From: a virus
Taxonomy: Duplodnaviria; Caudoviricetes
Length of the DNA stretch: 35,225 nt
Reading direction: 5' to 3' (one strand)
IMG/VR virus record: IMGVR_UViG_3300012936_000066
Coordinates: 1 to 35,225 of that record
Position numbers and translations under genes: made by a program. The notes under the pieces are model-generated. The model searched no databases and was not told the origin of the DNA. It saw nothing but the letters and a program-made list of their open reading frames with translations. Shown one piece after another: positions 27,310 to 35,225 of this stretch (within the stretch, counting starts at the first letter, position 1; each line of letters starts with the position of its first letter).

Positions 27310-28743
27310 ATGGCATTAAATCCCTTCTTTCTACAAGGATCTAAAACTGAACAATTTTTACTGCAGGATGTAATCAATGAGCAGTTGAAAATTTATGGTA
27401 TAGATGTCTTCTATCTACCTAGAAAAATTTTTAAAACTGATAATATTATTCGAGAAGTTCAATCATCAAAGTTTGATGATTCTTTTATTCTTGAAGCATA
27501 TTTAAATAACTATGAAGGTTACAATCCAAATAGTGATTTAATGACTAAGTTTGGATTAAGATTAACAAATGAAGTAAGTTTAACAATATCAAGAGAAAGA
27601 TTTGAAGATTTTATAACACCATTCTTAGAAGGTATTTCAGCAGGTATTAAAGAAGGTCTCATAACAGATTACACTTTTGAGGATTTAATTAATCGACCAA
27701 AAGAAGGGGATTTAATATATTTTCCTCTTGGTGAGAGATTATTTGAAATTAAAAGAGTTGAATCAGAAAAACCATTTTATCAATTAGGTAAAAATTATAC
27801 TTATGAACTAAGTTGTGAATTGTATGAGTATGAGAATGAACTTATTGATACTTCAATTGAAGAGGTCGATAATACTGTTGAAGATGAAGGTTATATTACA
27901 ACTGTTAATTTAGTTGGAGCTGCACTTACATCATCAGGAACTGCTGTAATAGGTGGAACTGGAATGATTGGATTTATATCATTGACAAATGATGGTTTTG
28001 GATACAAAACTGCACCATCAGTTGAAATATCACCACCAGCGTCTGGATCAAGAGCAACAGCAGTGGCAATCACAACATCATCTGGTGGTGTTAAGTCTCT
28101 GAAAGAAATAAGAATCTTGAATCCTGGTTCTGGGTATGATGCAAGTAATCCACCATTAATTATTTTAAATGGTGGTGGAGGTGCTGGTGCAGCAGTTACG
28201 TTTGGAATTGTTGATAGTGGTATTTCAACAATAACTAATCTTGTTAGAGGTAAGGGTTATTATGTCGCACCCACAATTACATTTACTGGATCAACTGGTA
28301 TTGGTGGTACAACTGCAATTGGAACAGTTGTTATTGATGATAGTGGTTCAGTAAATAGAGTTGAATTTAACAATGTTGGTTCTGGATATACAGTTGCTCC
28401 AACAATAGCATTTTCTGGTATTTCAACGACTGGGGTTGGGACATATTTCTATAATGAAGTTGTCACTGGATCACTATCAGGAACTACTGCAAGAGTTAAA
28501 AACTTCAAGAAACGTGTTGATATAGATGCGGTGAACCCACCAATTGAACTACAAGTATCTCTAAATAGTGGAAGATTTAGTGCTGGAGAAGTAATTGTAG
28601 GATCTATCTCATCAGCTAGATATGTTGTAGAATCTTATAGTGACGACAGTTTTGACAATGCTTTTGACTCAAATAAAGAGATAGAAACTGAATCAGATTC
28701 TCTACTTGACTTTACAGAGAACAACCCATTTGGAGATTATTAA
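27310..28743 (+). CDS. gp14: Neck protein gp14 with an internal repeat insertion
   Basis: MALNPFF, EQ..LQD..NEQ.KIYG.DV.YLPR, RPKEGDLIYFP, PFYQLGK and terminal DFTENNPFG. Confidence 0.92.
   Translation: MALNPFFLQGSKTEQFLLQDVINEQLKIYGIDVFYLPRKIFKTDNIIREVQSSKFDDSFILEAYLNNYEGYNPNSDLMTKFGLRLTNEVSLTISRERFEDFITPFLEGISAGIKEGLITDYTFEDLINRPKEGDLIYFPLGERLFEIKRVESEKPFYQLGKNYTYELSCELYEYENELIDTSIEEVDNTVEDEGYITTVNLVGAALTSSGTAVIGGTGMIGFISLTNDGFGYKTAPSVEISPPASGSRATAVAITTSSGGVKSLKEIRILNPGSGYDASNPPLIILNGGGGAGAAVTFGIVDSGISTITNLVRGKGYYVAPTITFTGSTGIGGTTAIGTVVIDDSGSVNRVEFNNVGSGYTVAPTIAFSGISTTGVGTYFYNEVVTGSLSGTTARVKNFKKRVDIDAVNPPIELQVSLNSGRFSAGEVIVGSISSARYVVESYSDDSFDNAFDSNKEIETESDSLLDFTENNPFGDY
28561..28567 (+). 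promoter_or_regulatory. Possible late promoter variant (CTAAATA) inside gp14, upstream of gp15
   Basis: CTAAATA about 175 nt upstream of the gp15 ATG. It is an imperfect match and could be chance. Confidence 0.3.
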
Positions 28744-29786
28744 TGTTAGGTACTTATTATTATCATGAAATTATTCGCAAAACGATTATCGGTTTTGGTA
28801 CGCTATTCAATGAAATTTTTATTAAACATGAAAATATTGATAACACTACTTTAGATGAAACTAAAGTTGGTCTTGCATATGGACCACAGCAAAAGTTCTT
28901 TGCAAAAATTAGAGAGCAAGCAAACCTAACAAAAGCAGTTGCTATAACTCTTCCAAGAATGTCATTTGAAATGACATCAATTCAATATGATGCGTCTCGT
29001 AAATCTGGTATTACTCAAACATTCAAAGCGTCTGATGGCACTAACTTGAAAAAGGTATTCATGCCTGTACCATATAATATTGGATTCGAACTTAGTATAT
29101 TTTCAAAATTAAATGATGATGCTCTACAAATCATCGAACAGATATTACCATTCTTTCAACCATCTTTTAATATTACAATCAATTTAGTCAGTTCAATTGG
29201 AGAAAAAAGAGATGTTCCAATTGTTCTAGACAATATTTCATTTAGAGATGAGTATGAGGGAGACTTTACGACAAGAACAGCATTAATATACACATTGCAA
29301 TTTACTGCAAAAACATATCTATTTGGTCCTGTTGCTGATACAAGTGATGGACTAATTAAGAAGGTTCAAGTGGATTATGCAGCGGATACAGCAGCGTCGG
29401 CAAGAAGACAGGTTCGTTATGTTGCCACACCAAAAGCACTTAAAGATTATAATAACGATGAAACTACAACAATTACAGAAGATTTAACAACTACTGAAAC
29501 TAGAATAAGTGTAACAACTTCTTCATTACTAAGTGTCAATGATCGAATTGTGATTGATAGTGAAATTATGAAGATAAAACAGATAGTTGACTCAACAACA
29601 ATTATTGTTAAGAGAGGATTTGATAGTTCAATTCCTGCACAACATACAGCAACTACATTTATAAATCTGTTGACAACTGCTGATGATGCTGCAATTGTTC
29701 CAGGTGATGACTTTGGATTTAATGAATTTGATTCATTCTTTGATGATGGCAAATCATATAGTCCCACAAAACAAAGTGATGTATAA
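28743..29786 (+). CDS. gp15: Tail sheath stabilizer / tail terminator gp15
   Basis: YYHEIIRKTIIGFGTLFN, LAYGP.QKF, TLPRMSFE, PVPYN, QIIEQILPFFQP and FTAKTYLFGP. Confidence 0.93.
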   Translation: MLGTYYYHEIIRKTIIGFGTLFNEIFIKHENIDNTTLDETKVGLAYGPQQKFFAKIREQANLTKAVAITLPRMSFEMTSIQYDASRKSGITQTFKASDGTNLKKVFMPVPYNIGFELSIFSKLNDDALQIIEQILPFFQPSFNITINLVSSIGEKRDVPIVLDNISFRDEYEGDFTTRTALIYTLQFTAKTYLFGPVADTSDGLIKKVQVDYAADTAASARRQVRYVATPKALKDYNNDETTTITEDLTTTETRISVTTSSLLSVNDRIVIDSEIMKIKQIVDSTTIIVKRGFDSSIPAQHTATTFINLLTTADDAAIVPGDDFGFNEFDSFFDDGKSYSPTKQSDV

Positions 29787-30229
29787 TGAATACCATGTCA
29801 AGTTACGATCCTATTGATGAAGCACTAAACACTCATACTGAAGTTGAAGCGATTGTGCCCTCAAAGAAAGAAGTAAAATTAGAAAAGAAAGAAAAAAAAT
29901 CTGAGGACATTGAAAAAGATTATGAATATACTCGTGCTAACTTATATTCTCTAATTGAAAAAGGACAAGAATCACTAAATGGTATATTGGAACTTGCAGG
30001 GGAAAGTGCAAGTCCAAGAGCATATGAAGTTGCAGGACAGATAATCAAGTCAGTAGCAGACACAACAGATAAGTTATTAGATTTGCAGAAGAAAGTAAAG
30101 GAAGTGGATGAAGATAAGAAACAAACAACAAATACAGTCACAAATAATGCTCTATTTGTAGGGTCAACATCAGACCTATCAAAAATGATAAAGAAACAAT
30201 TTCTAAATAATAAAGATAACACTAAGTAA
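29786..30229 (+). CDS. gp16: Terminase small subunit gp16
   Basis: DYEYTRANLYSLIEKGQE, SPRAYEVAGQ.IK and NNALFVGST.DL. The start could alternatively be ATG 29795. Confidence 0.92.
   Translation: MNTMSSYDPIDEALNTHTEVEAIVPSKKEVKLEKKEKKSEDIEKDYEYTRANLYSLIEKGQESLNGILELAGESASPRAYEVAGQIIKSVADTTDKLLDLQKKVKEVDEDKKQTTNTVTNNALFVGSTSDLSKMIKKQFLNNKDNTK
30203..30209 (+). promoter_or_regulatory. Putative late promoter variant (CTAAATA) at the 3' end of gp16
   Basis: CTAAATA 23 nt upstream of GTG 30233, a spacing similar to the other late promoters in this window. Confidence 0.5.
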
Positions 30230-30232
30230 ATC

Positions 30233-30730
30233 GTGGATTTAGCACAAAGAAAACAACAACTTCGTTTAAAACAAGTCGATGCTGTCAAAAAATTTAGACA
30301 GTCAAATATGTCGGTTTCTGCTGCTACACAAAAAAGAAAGGAGAGAGAAGAAATGAAAAAAGAAGTCAGAAAAGAAATTGAAAATGAAACTCAGAATGAA
30401 TCAATTGATATTGAAAACTCTGATGGAAATCTCTATGCAAGAGTAATTGATATTTTAGGACCAGCACATATGAGACCTGTTGTATCAAATGGTGTATGGA
30501 AAGGAACTGAGCAAATATCTGAAATGAATGGTCAGGCAGAAGATCCACAGAAAGAAGATCCAGCAATAAAGGCAAAGCAAAAGAGAGCAGATCAAATTAA
30601 AAAACAAGTATTACTTAAAAAAATACAGGCAGTAAGGTCTGGTGGTGGAGAAAATATAATGGCATCATATGAACCATCAAATTGGAGAGCAGATAAAAAT
30701 ATGAGATTTAATAAGTTGATGGATAGGTAA
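30233..30730 (+). CDS. Charged hypothetical protein between the terminase subunits, 165 aa
   Basis: GTG start; fills the gp16-gp17 gap; rich in K/E/Q with a helical composition. Confidence 0.72.
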   Translation: MDLAQRKQQLRLKQVDAVKKFRQSNMSVSAATQKRKEREEMKKEVRKEIENETQNESIDIENSDGNLYARVIDILGPAHMRPVVSNGVWKGTEQISEMNGQAEDPQKEDPAIKAKQKRADQIKKQVLLKKIQAVRSGGGENIMASYEPSNWRADKNMRFNKLMDR

Positions 30731-30735
30731 ACATC

Positions 30736-32382
30736 ATGTCTGATAATGTATATCTTGGAAATCCTAATTTAAAAAAAGCAAATACACCAATCGAATTCAG
30801 TGAAGAAGATGTCATTGAATTTGTAAAGTGTAAGGATGACCCTGTTTATTTTGCAAGAAAATATATAAAAATTGTGTCTCTTGATGAAGGATTAGTTCCT
30901 TTCAACATGTATGATTTTCAAGAAAAGTTAATTGATAGATTTCATACGAATAGATTTAACATATGTAAAATGCCTCGACAGACAGGTAAATCCACAACCT
31001 GTATTTCGTATCTCTTACATTATGCAGTTTTTAATGATAATGTTAATATTGCAGTTCTAGCAAACAAAGCATCAACTGCCCGCGATTTGTTAGGTAGATT
31101 GCAACTTGCTTATGAAAATTTACCATCTTGGATGCAACAAGGTATCATATCTTGGAACAAAGGTTCATTAGAATTAGAGAATGGATCAAAAATATCAGCA
31201 AACTCCACATCATCATCTGCTGTTCGTGGTGGATCTTATAACGTCATATTCTTAGACGAGTTTGCATTCATACCAAATCATATTGCAGATGATTTCTTTG
31301 CGTCTGTATATCCTACAATTACATCAGGACAAAGCACAAAAGTTATTATAGTTTCTACCCCTCGTGGTATGAATCATTTTTATCGTATGTGGCATGATGC
31401 CGAAAAAGGTAAGAGTGAATATGTCCCAACTGATGTTCATTGGAGTGAAGTTCCTGGTAGAGATATAATATGGAAGGAACAAACTATCGCAAACACATCT
31501 GAAGAACAATTTAAAATTGAGTTTGAGTGTGAGTTTCTAGGTTCTGTTAACACATTAATAAGTCCAACAAAACTTCGAAATCTTGTATACGAAGAACCTT
31601 TAAAGAAAAATGCTGGTCTAGACATCTATCAAGAACCAATCAAAGATCATAATTATCTCATTACAGTTGACGTTGCCCGTGGTTTAGGTAATGATTATTC
31701 CGCGTTTATAGTTTTTGATATTACTAAGTTTCCATACAGAGCAGTTGCAAAATATCGAAACAATGAAATTAAACCAATGTTATTTCCAAATATTATATAC
31801 GATGTGGCAAAAGGATATAATGAAGCATTTCTACTAATAGAAGTAAATGATATTGGAGATCAAGTAGCAAGTATTCTTCAATATGATTTAGAGTATGATA
31901 ATTTACTCATGGCATCAATGAGAGGTCGAAACGGTCAGATAGTTGGTCAAGGATTCTCTGGTAAAAAATCACAGTTGGGTGTAAGGACAACAGCTGCTGT
32001 TAAAAAACTAGGATGTTCGAATTTAAAAACTCTATTAGAAGATGATAAAATATTAGTTAACGATTATGATATTATTTCAGAGTTGACAACATTTGCTCAG
32101 AAAGCAAACTCCTTTGAAGCAGAGGAGGGTTGTAATGATGACCTAGCAATGTGTCTTGTAATATTTGCGTGGTTAGTTGCACAAGATTATTTTAAGGAGA
32201 TGACTGATAATGATGTAAGAAAGAGAATATATGAAGAACAAAAGAATCAAATTGAACAGGATATGGCACCATTTGGTTTTATCGCTGATGGGTTAGATGA
32301 TACTGTTTTCGTTGACAATGAAGGTGATAGATGGTATGCTGACGAGTATGGGGATAGATCCTATATGTGGGATTATAGATAA
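30736..32382 (+). CDS. gp17: Terminase large subunit gp17
   Basis: YLGNPNLK, Walker A PRQTGKST, Walker B IFLDEFAF, VSTP.G.NHFY, and nuclease-domain motifs VDVARG.G.DYS and NDDLAM. Confidence 0.97.
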   Translation: MSDNVYLGNPNLKKANTPIEFSEEDVIEFVKCKDDPVYFARKYIKIVSLDEGLVPFNMYDFQEKLIDRFHTNRFNICKMPRQTGKSTTCISYLLHYAVFNDNVNIAVLANKASTARDLLGRLQLAYENLPSWMQQGIISWNKGSLELENGSKISANSTSSSAVRGGSYNVIFLDEFAFIPNHIADDFFASVYPTITSGQSTKVIIVSTPRGMNHFYRMWHDAEKGKSEYVPTDVHWSEVPGRDIIWKEQTIANTSEEQFKIEFECEFLGSVNTLISPTKLRNLVYEEPLKKNAGLDIYQEPIKDHNYLITVDVARGLGNDYSAFIVFDITKFPYRAVAKYRNNEIKPMLFPNIIYDVAKGYNEAFLLIEVNDIGDQVASILQYDLEYDNLLMASMRGRNGQIVGQGFSGKKSQLGVRTTAAVKKLGCSNLKTLLEDDKILVNDYDIISELTTFAQKANSFEAEEGCNDDLAMCLVIFAWLVAQDYFKEMTDNDVRKRIYEEQKNQIEQDMAPFGFIADGLDDTVFVDNEGDRWYADEYGDRSYMWDYR

Positions 32383-32383
32383 T

Positions 32384-32536
32384 ATGAAAGAAACTGAAAA
32401 CATGATTACAGTCTACGAAGAACACATCAAAAATCTTGAAAAAGAGAATAGAAGCTTGAAAATGCAAGTCGATTTTCTTAAAGAACAGTTAGCGTATAAA
32501 ACATTTGGAAAACCAAATTTAGATGAAAAGAGTTGA
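32384..32536 (+). CDS. Small coiled-coil hypothetical protein, 50 aa
   Basis: ATG 1 nt after the gp17 stop gives MKETENMITVYEEHIKNLEKENRSLKMQVDFLKEQLAYKTFGKPNLDEKS, with a leucine heptad pattern. It is TGATG-coupled to the next gene. Confidence 0.7.
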   Translation: MKETENMITVYEEHIKNLEKENRSLKMQVDFLKEQLAYKTFGKPNLDEKS

Positions 32537-32766
32537 TGGAATTCGACGACCAGTTAAAACTTGGACATTTATTACTTAATGATAGAAAGTGTCGAGTTTG
32601 TGGTGAAGAAAAAAATTTAATTGAAGGATTTTATAGATCTAGAAAAGGAAGAGGTGCTACAGCATCATCATATTCATATGAATGTAAGGTGTGTACTATC
32701 AAAAGAATTGTTGAAACAAGAAAGAAGAGAATACAGTTTATCGATTGGCAGTATCCTGATTGGTAA
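32536..32766 (+). CDS. Small zinc-finger protein (CxxC...CxxC), 76 aa
   Basis: RKCRVCGEEK...FYR...YSYECKVC. ATG 32536 overlaps the upstream TGA and is preferred over TTG 32533. Confidence 0.8.
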   Translation: MEFDDQLKLGHLLLNDRKCRVCGEEKNLIEGFYRSRKGRGATASSYSYECKVCTIKRIVETRKKRIQFIDWQYPDW

Positions 32767-32772
32767 TAAATA
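32765..32772 (+). promoter_or_regulatory. Putative late promoter for the 68-aa ORF
   Basis: AATAAATA overlaps the upstream stop and ends 7 nt before ATG 32780. Confidence 0.5.
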
Positions 32773-32779
32773 AAAGTAA

Positions 32780-32986
32780 ATGAAAATTTTAGCAGAACCT
32801 TCAGTAGGTTTACACTTAGATAGTATTGTAAAAGAGTTATATCCAGATTTAACCAAAGAAGAATTAAATGAAGTTGTATACGAAGTATACCATCATATGA
32901 ATCTTAGTTCTCTAAGAAAACAAGCAGAGAAGAAGATACATGAGTCCGTTCATGCACTGTTTCCCCAATCAAAAAGGTCATTTTAA
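32780..32986 (+). CDS. Hypothetical protein, 68 aa
   Basis: Fills the gap before the gp18 promoter and has a helical, protein-like composition. Confidence 0.6.
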   Translation: MKILAEPSVGLHLDSIVKELYPDLTKEELNEVVYEVYHHMNLSSLRKQAEKKIHESVHALFPQSKRSF

Positions 32987-32992
32987 TAAATA
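32985..32992 (+). promoter_or_regulatory. Late promoter for gp18
   Basis: AATAAATA 34 nt upstream of the gp18 ATG; SD GGAG at 33015-33018. Confidence 0.7.
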
Positions 32993-33026
32993 ATTTTAAC
33001 ATATTTCGAGATTCGGAGAATAAAAG

Positions 33027-35180
33027 ATGCCAGTAAATTTAGCATCTCCTGGAATTGTAGTTAGAGAAGTTGATTTAACTATTGGTAGAGTCGATTCTGC
33101 TACTGACAAAAATGCTGCAATTGTAGGACCTTTTGAAAAAGGACCTGTTAACATTCCAATAATAGTTGAGAGTGAGCAGGATTTGATTGATAATTTTGGT
33201 AAACCATACAATACAGACGATCAAGTTGAATACTGGATGGTCGCATCATCATACTTGGCATATGGTGGAGTATTAAGTGTTGTTCGAGCAGCAGATGCTA
33301 ATTTAAACAATGCTACCGATGATGGTGGTACTGTGGTTATCAACAGTGTAGACGACTATATTAACAAAGGATATGATGAAAGCACTTTGGCAGGGACAGT
33401 GGTTGCTGCAAGAAATCCTGGTTCATGGGCAAATGGATTAAAAGTAGCGATTATTGATTCTTTCGGTGACCAAGTTATATCAGTAGCTAGCACTACAGGT
33501 GCAACGATTGGAATGGGAGTTACTCAAACAGCATCTGGTGTATTACCTGGTGCAGGAACAACTTCAGTTCTTGATGGAACATTCAAAGGTATTATCACTG
33601 AAATAGGAGCTGGAACAATTACAGTTAAGTTCTTATCACATACACCAAGTGGTGGAACCGAAACTGAAAAGGACTATGAAGCATCAGGTGTGTATAAGTT
33701 TGGCACTGGTGCAATTACTGTTGTTAATAATAGTGCAGTCGGAGTTCTAACAACCACTGCAAGCAGCACAGCAGATTGGTTTGATAGTCAAACAATCACA
33801 ACCACAAACGGAGATCCAATTAGTTGGAATCAAATCGCAGATAGACCTGGAACATCAGCATATGCAGCAGCAAGAAGTTCAAGATTTGATGAGGTTCATG
33901 TTGTTGTAATTGATGATGATGGAGATGTTACTGGAAATGCAGGAACAATTCTTGAAAAGAATTTAAACCTATCAAAAGCAAAAGACGCTGAGTTCTCTGC
34001 TGGTTCTACTTCTTATTGGAGAAAGTTTCTACTCAATGCCTCAAACAATATCTTCGGATTAAGTGGTCCTACAAGTCCTGTTACCACAGCATTTAAGAGT
34101 ACTGGAAATGGATTCGTAAAAGAAACTGATGTAGCGTGGGATCAAAATGCACAGAATATTAAATTTGCTGCAAATGGCAATATAGGTTATTCTTTATCTG
34201 GCGGTAAAAATTATGATGGAACCACCGACATAACTGCTGCTGGTGCTCTAACAGCAACTTTAGGTGACCTAACTAATGGTTATGGTTTATTTGAAAATGT
34301 TGAAGAGTTTGATATTGATTTCCTACTTATGGGATCAGGTTCATATGCAACTTCTACAGCACAGGCACTTGCAAATAAGTTAATTTCTGTTGCTGAAATT
34401 AGAAAGGATGCAGTGGCATTTATATCACCAAATAAATCAACATTTATATCAGGTGCTGGAACTGATTCTGCAACAGTAGCATCTGCTGCGGATATCACAA
34501 ACAATGTGTTAGAGTTTTATGCTCCAATCACATCATCAACTTACGCAGTTCTTGACAGTGGATACAAGTATATGTTTGATAGGTTTGGAAATACCTTCAG
34601 ATATATTCCCTTAAATGGTGATATTGCAGGAACTTGTGCTAGAAATGACATCAATAACTTCCCTTGGTTCTCACCAGCGGGAACAGCAAGAGGTGCTATT
34701 TTAAACGCAGTTAAACTTGGATATAATCCAAATCAATCACAAAGAGATAAACTCTATACAAATAGAATTAATCCAGTGATCTTCTCACCAGGAGCAGGAA
34801 TAGTTCTATTTGGTGATAAGACTGCATTTGGAAAATCATCAGCATTTGATCGTATTAACGTTCGCAGATTATTCATTTTCATCGAAAATGCAATTGAAGC
34901 TGCAGCAAAAGATCAATTGTTTGAATTCAACGATGAGATCACAAGGACTAACTTTGTGAACATTGTTGAACCTTTCTTACGTGATGTTCAAGCAAAGAGA
35001 GGTATTACAGATTTCAGAGTTGTTTGTGATGAGACAAATAACACTGCTGCTGTTATAGATAATAATGAATTTATAGCAGACATCTTTATTAAACCTGCAA
35101 GGTCAATTAACTTCATTGGTCTTACATTTGTCGCCACTAGAACTGGCATCTCATTTGAAGAAGTAATCGGTACAGTTTAA
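33027..35180 (+). CDS. gp18: Tail sheath protein gp18
   Basis: LASPGIVVREVDLT, GPFEKGP, ARNPGSWAN, DSGYKYMFD, PWFSPAG..RG, AFDRINVRRLF and IKPARSINFI.L.FVA. Confidence 0.97.
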   Translation: MPVNLASPGIVVREVDLTIGRVDSATDKNAAIVGPFEKGPVNIPIIVESEQDLIDNFGKPYNTDDQVEYWMVASSYLAYGGVLSVVRAADANLNNATDDGGTVVINSVDDYINKGYDESTLAGTVVAARNPGSWANGLKVAIIDSFGDQVISVASTTGATIGMGVTQTASGVLPGAGTTSVLDGTFKGIITEIGAGTITVKFLSHTPSGGTETEKDYEASGVYKFGTGAITVVNNSAVGVLTTTASSTADWFDSQTITTTNGDPISWNQIADRPGTSAYAAARSSRFDEVHVVVIDDDGDVTGNAGTILEKNLNLSKAKDAEFSAGSTSYWRKFLLNASNNIFGLSGPTSPVTTAFKSTGNGFVKETDVAWDQNAQNIKFAANGNIGYSLSGGKNYDGTTDITAAGALTATLGDLTNGYGLFENVEEFDIDFLLMGSGSYATSTAQALANKLISVAEIRKDAVAFISPNKSTFISGAGTDSATVASAADITNNVLEFYAPITSSTYAVLDSGYKYMFDRFGNTFRYIPLNGDIAGTCARNDINNFPWFSPAGTARGAILNAVKLGYNPNQSQRDKLYTNRINPVIFSPGAGIVLFGDKTAFGKSSAFDRINVRRLFIFIENAIEAAAKDQLFEFNDEITRTNFVNIVEPFLRDVQAKRGITDFRVVCDETNNTAAVIDNNEFIADIFIKPARSINFIGLTFVATRTGISFEEVIGTV

Positions 35181-35198
35181 CTAAAGGTATAAAAAACT

Positions 35199-35225
35199 AT
35201 GGCAACCCAATTTAATAAACCACCA
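35199..35225 (+). CDS. gp19: Probable start of tail tube protein gp19, truncated by the window edge
   Basis: ATG 18 nt after the gp18 stop reads MATQFNKPP, with AAGG upstream. The assignment rests on gp18-gp19 synteny only. Confidence 0.6.

Noticed and set aside
30736-32382. Possible intein or intron in the large terminase, a common insertion target
   Set aside because: The 548-aa ORF is continuous with normally spaced ATPase and nuclease motifs, and I saw no intein or LAGLIDADG signature.
32297-32383. Extended 5' start of the 79-aa ORF overlapping gp17
   Set aside because: It would overlap the gp17 C-terminus by 86 nt. ATG 32384, right after the gp17 stop, is more plausible.
33004-33018. 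Small hairpin TTTCGA-gat-TCGGAG covering the gp18 SD
   Set aside because: Only 6 bp with two G-U pairs and a 3-nt loop, which is too weak to call as regulatory.
2136-34504. Many 60-165 aa minus-strand ORFs inside the structural genes (e.g. 14059-14421, 22982-23395, 25420-25914)
   Set aside because: These P/V/I/T-rich translations are the expected antisense shadow of Gly/Thr/Asn-rich sense codons. I saw no supporting RBS or promoter.
1-35225. CRISPR array, tRNA, DGR template/variable repeats or invertible segments
   Set aside because: Intergenic gaps are about 110 nt or shorter. I noticed no long nucleotide repeats, cloverleaf, reverse transcriptase or recombinase. A self-BLAST and tRNAscan-SE run would be needed to exclude them formally.

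Overview
This window is a very AT-rich, gene-dense segment of a T4-like myophage, read entirely on the + strand. Gene order and protein style fit the marine cyanophage (Kyanoviridae-type) structural module. It opens with the 3' end of a GT-A-fold glycosyltransferase-like gene, three small ORFs missing from the supplied track (52, 48 and 50 aa) and a 229-aa hypothetical gene. An intrinsic terminator and tandem T4 late promoters (TATAAATA) follow. The late module then runs gp25, gp6, a giant 4030-aa gp7, gp8, a 2388-aa VrlC/DUF4815-like protein, two small genes and a fibre-like gene, gp13, gp14, gp15, gp16, an inserted ORF, gp17, three small ORFs, gp18 and the first codons of gp19. I saw no tRNA, rRNA, CRISPR array, transposase, intron or intein. 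The points most worth following up are: a pervasive G-[IVLF]-[GSTN]-T micro-motif concentrated in surface virion proteins; modules shared between different structural genes; a split YHYH-like domain in gp7; late promoters embedded in upstream coding sequence; a 9-nt-periodic TCG array in a small basic ORF; and a possibly leaderless cassette flanked by promoters before gp18. All identifications are by eye, without database searches.
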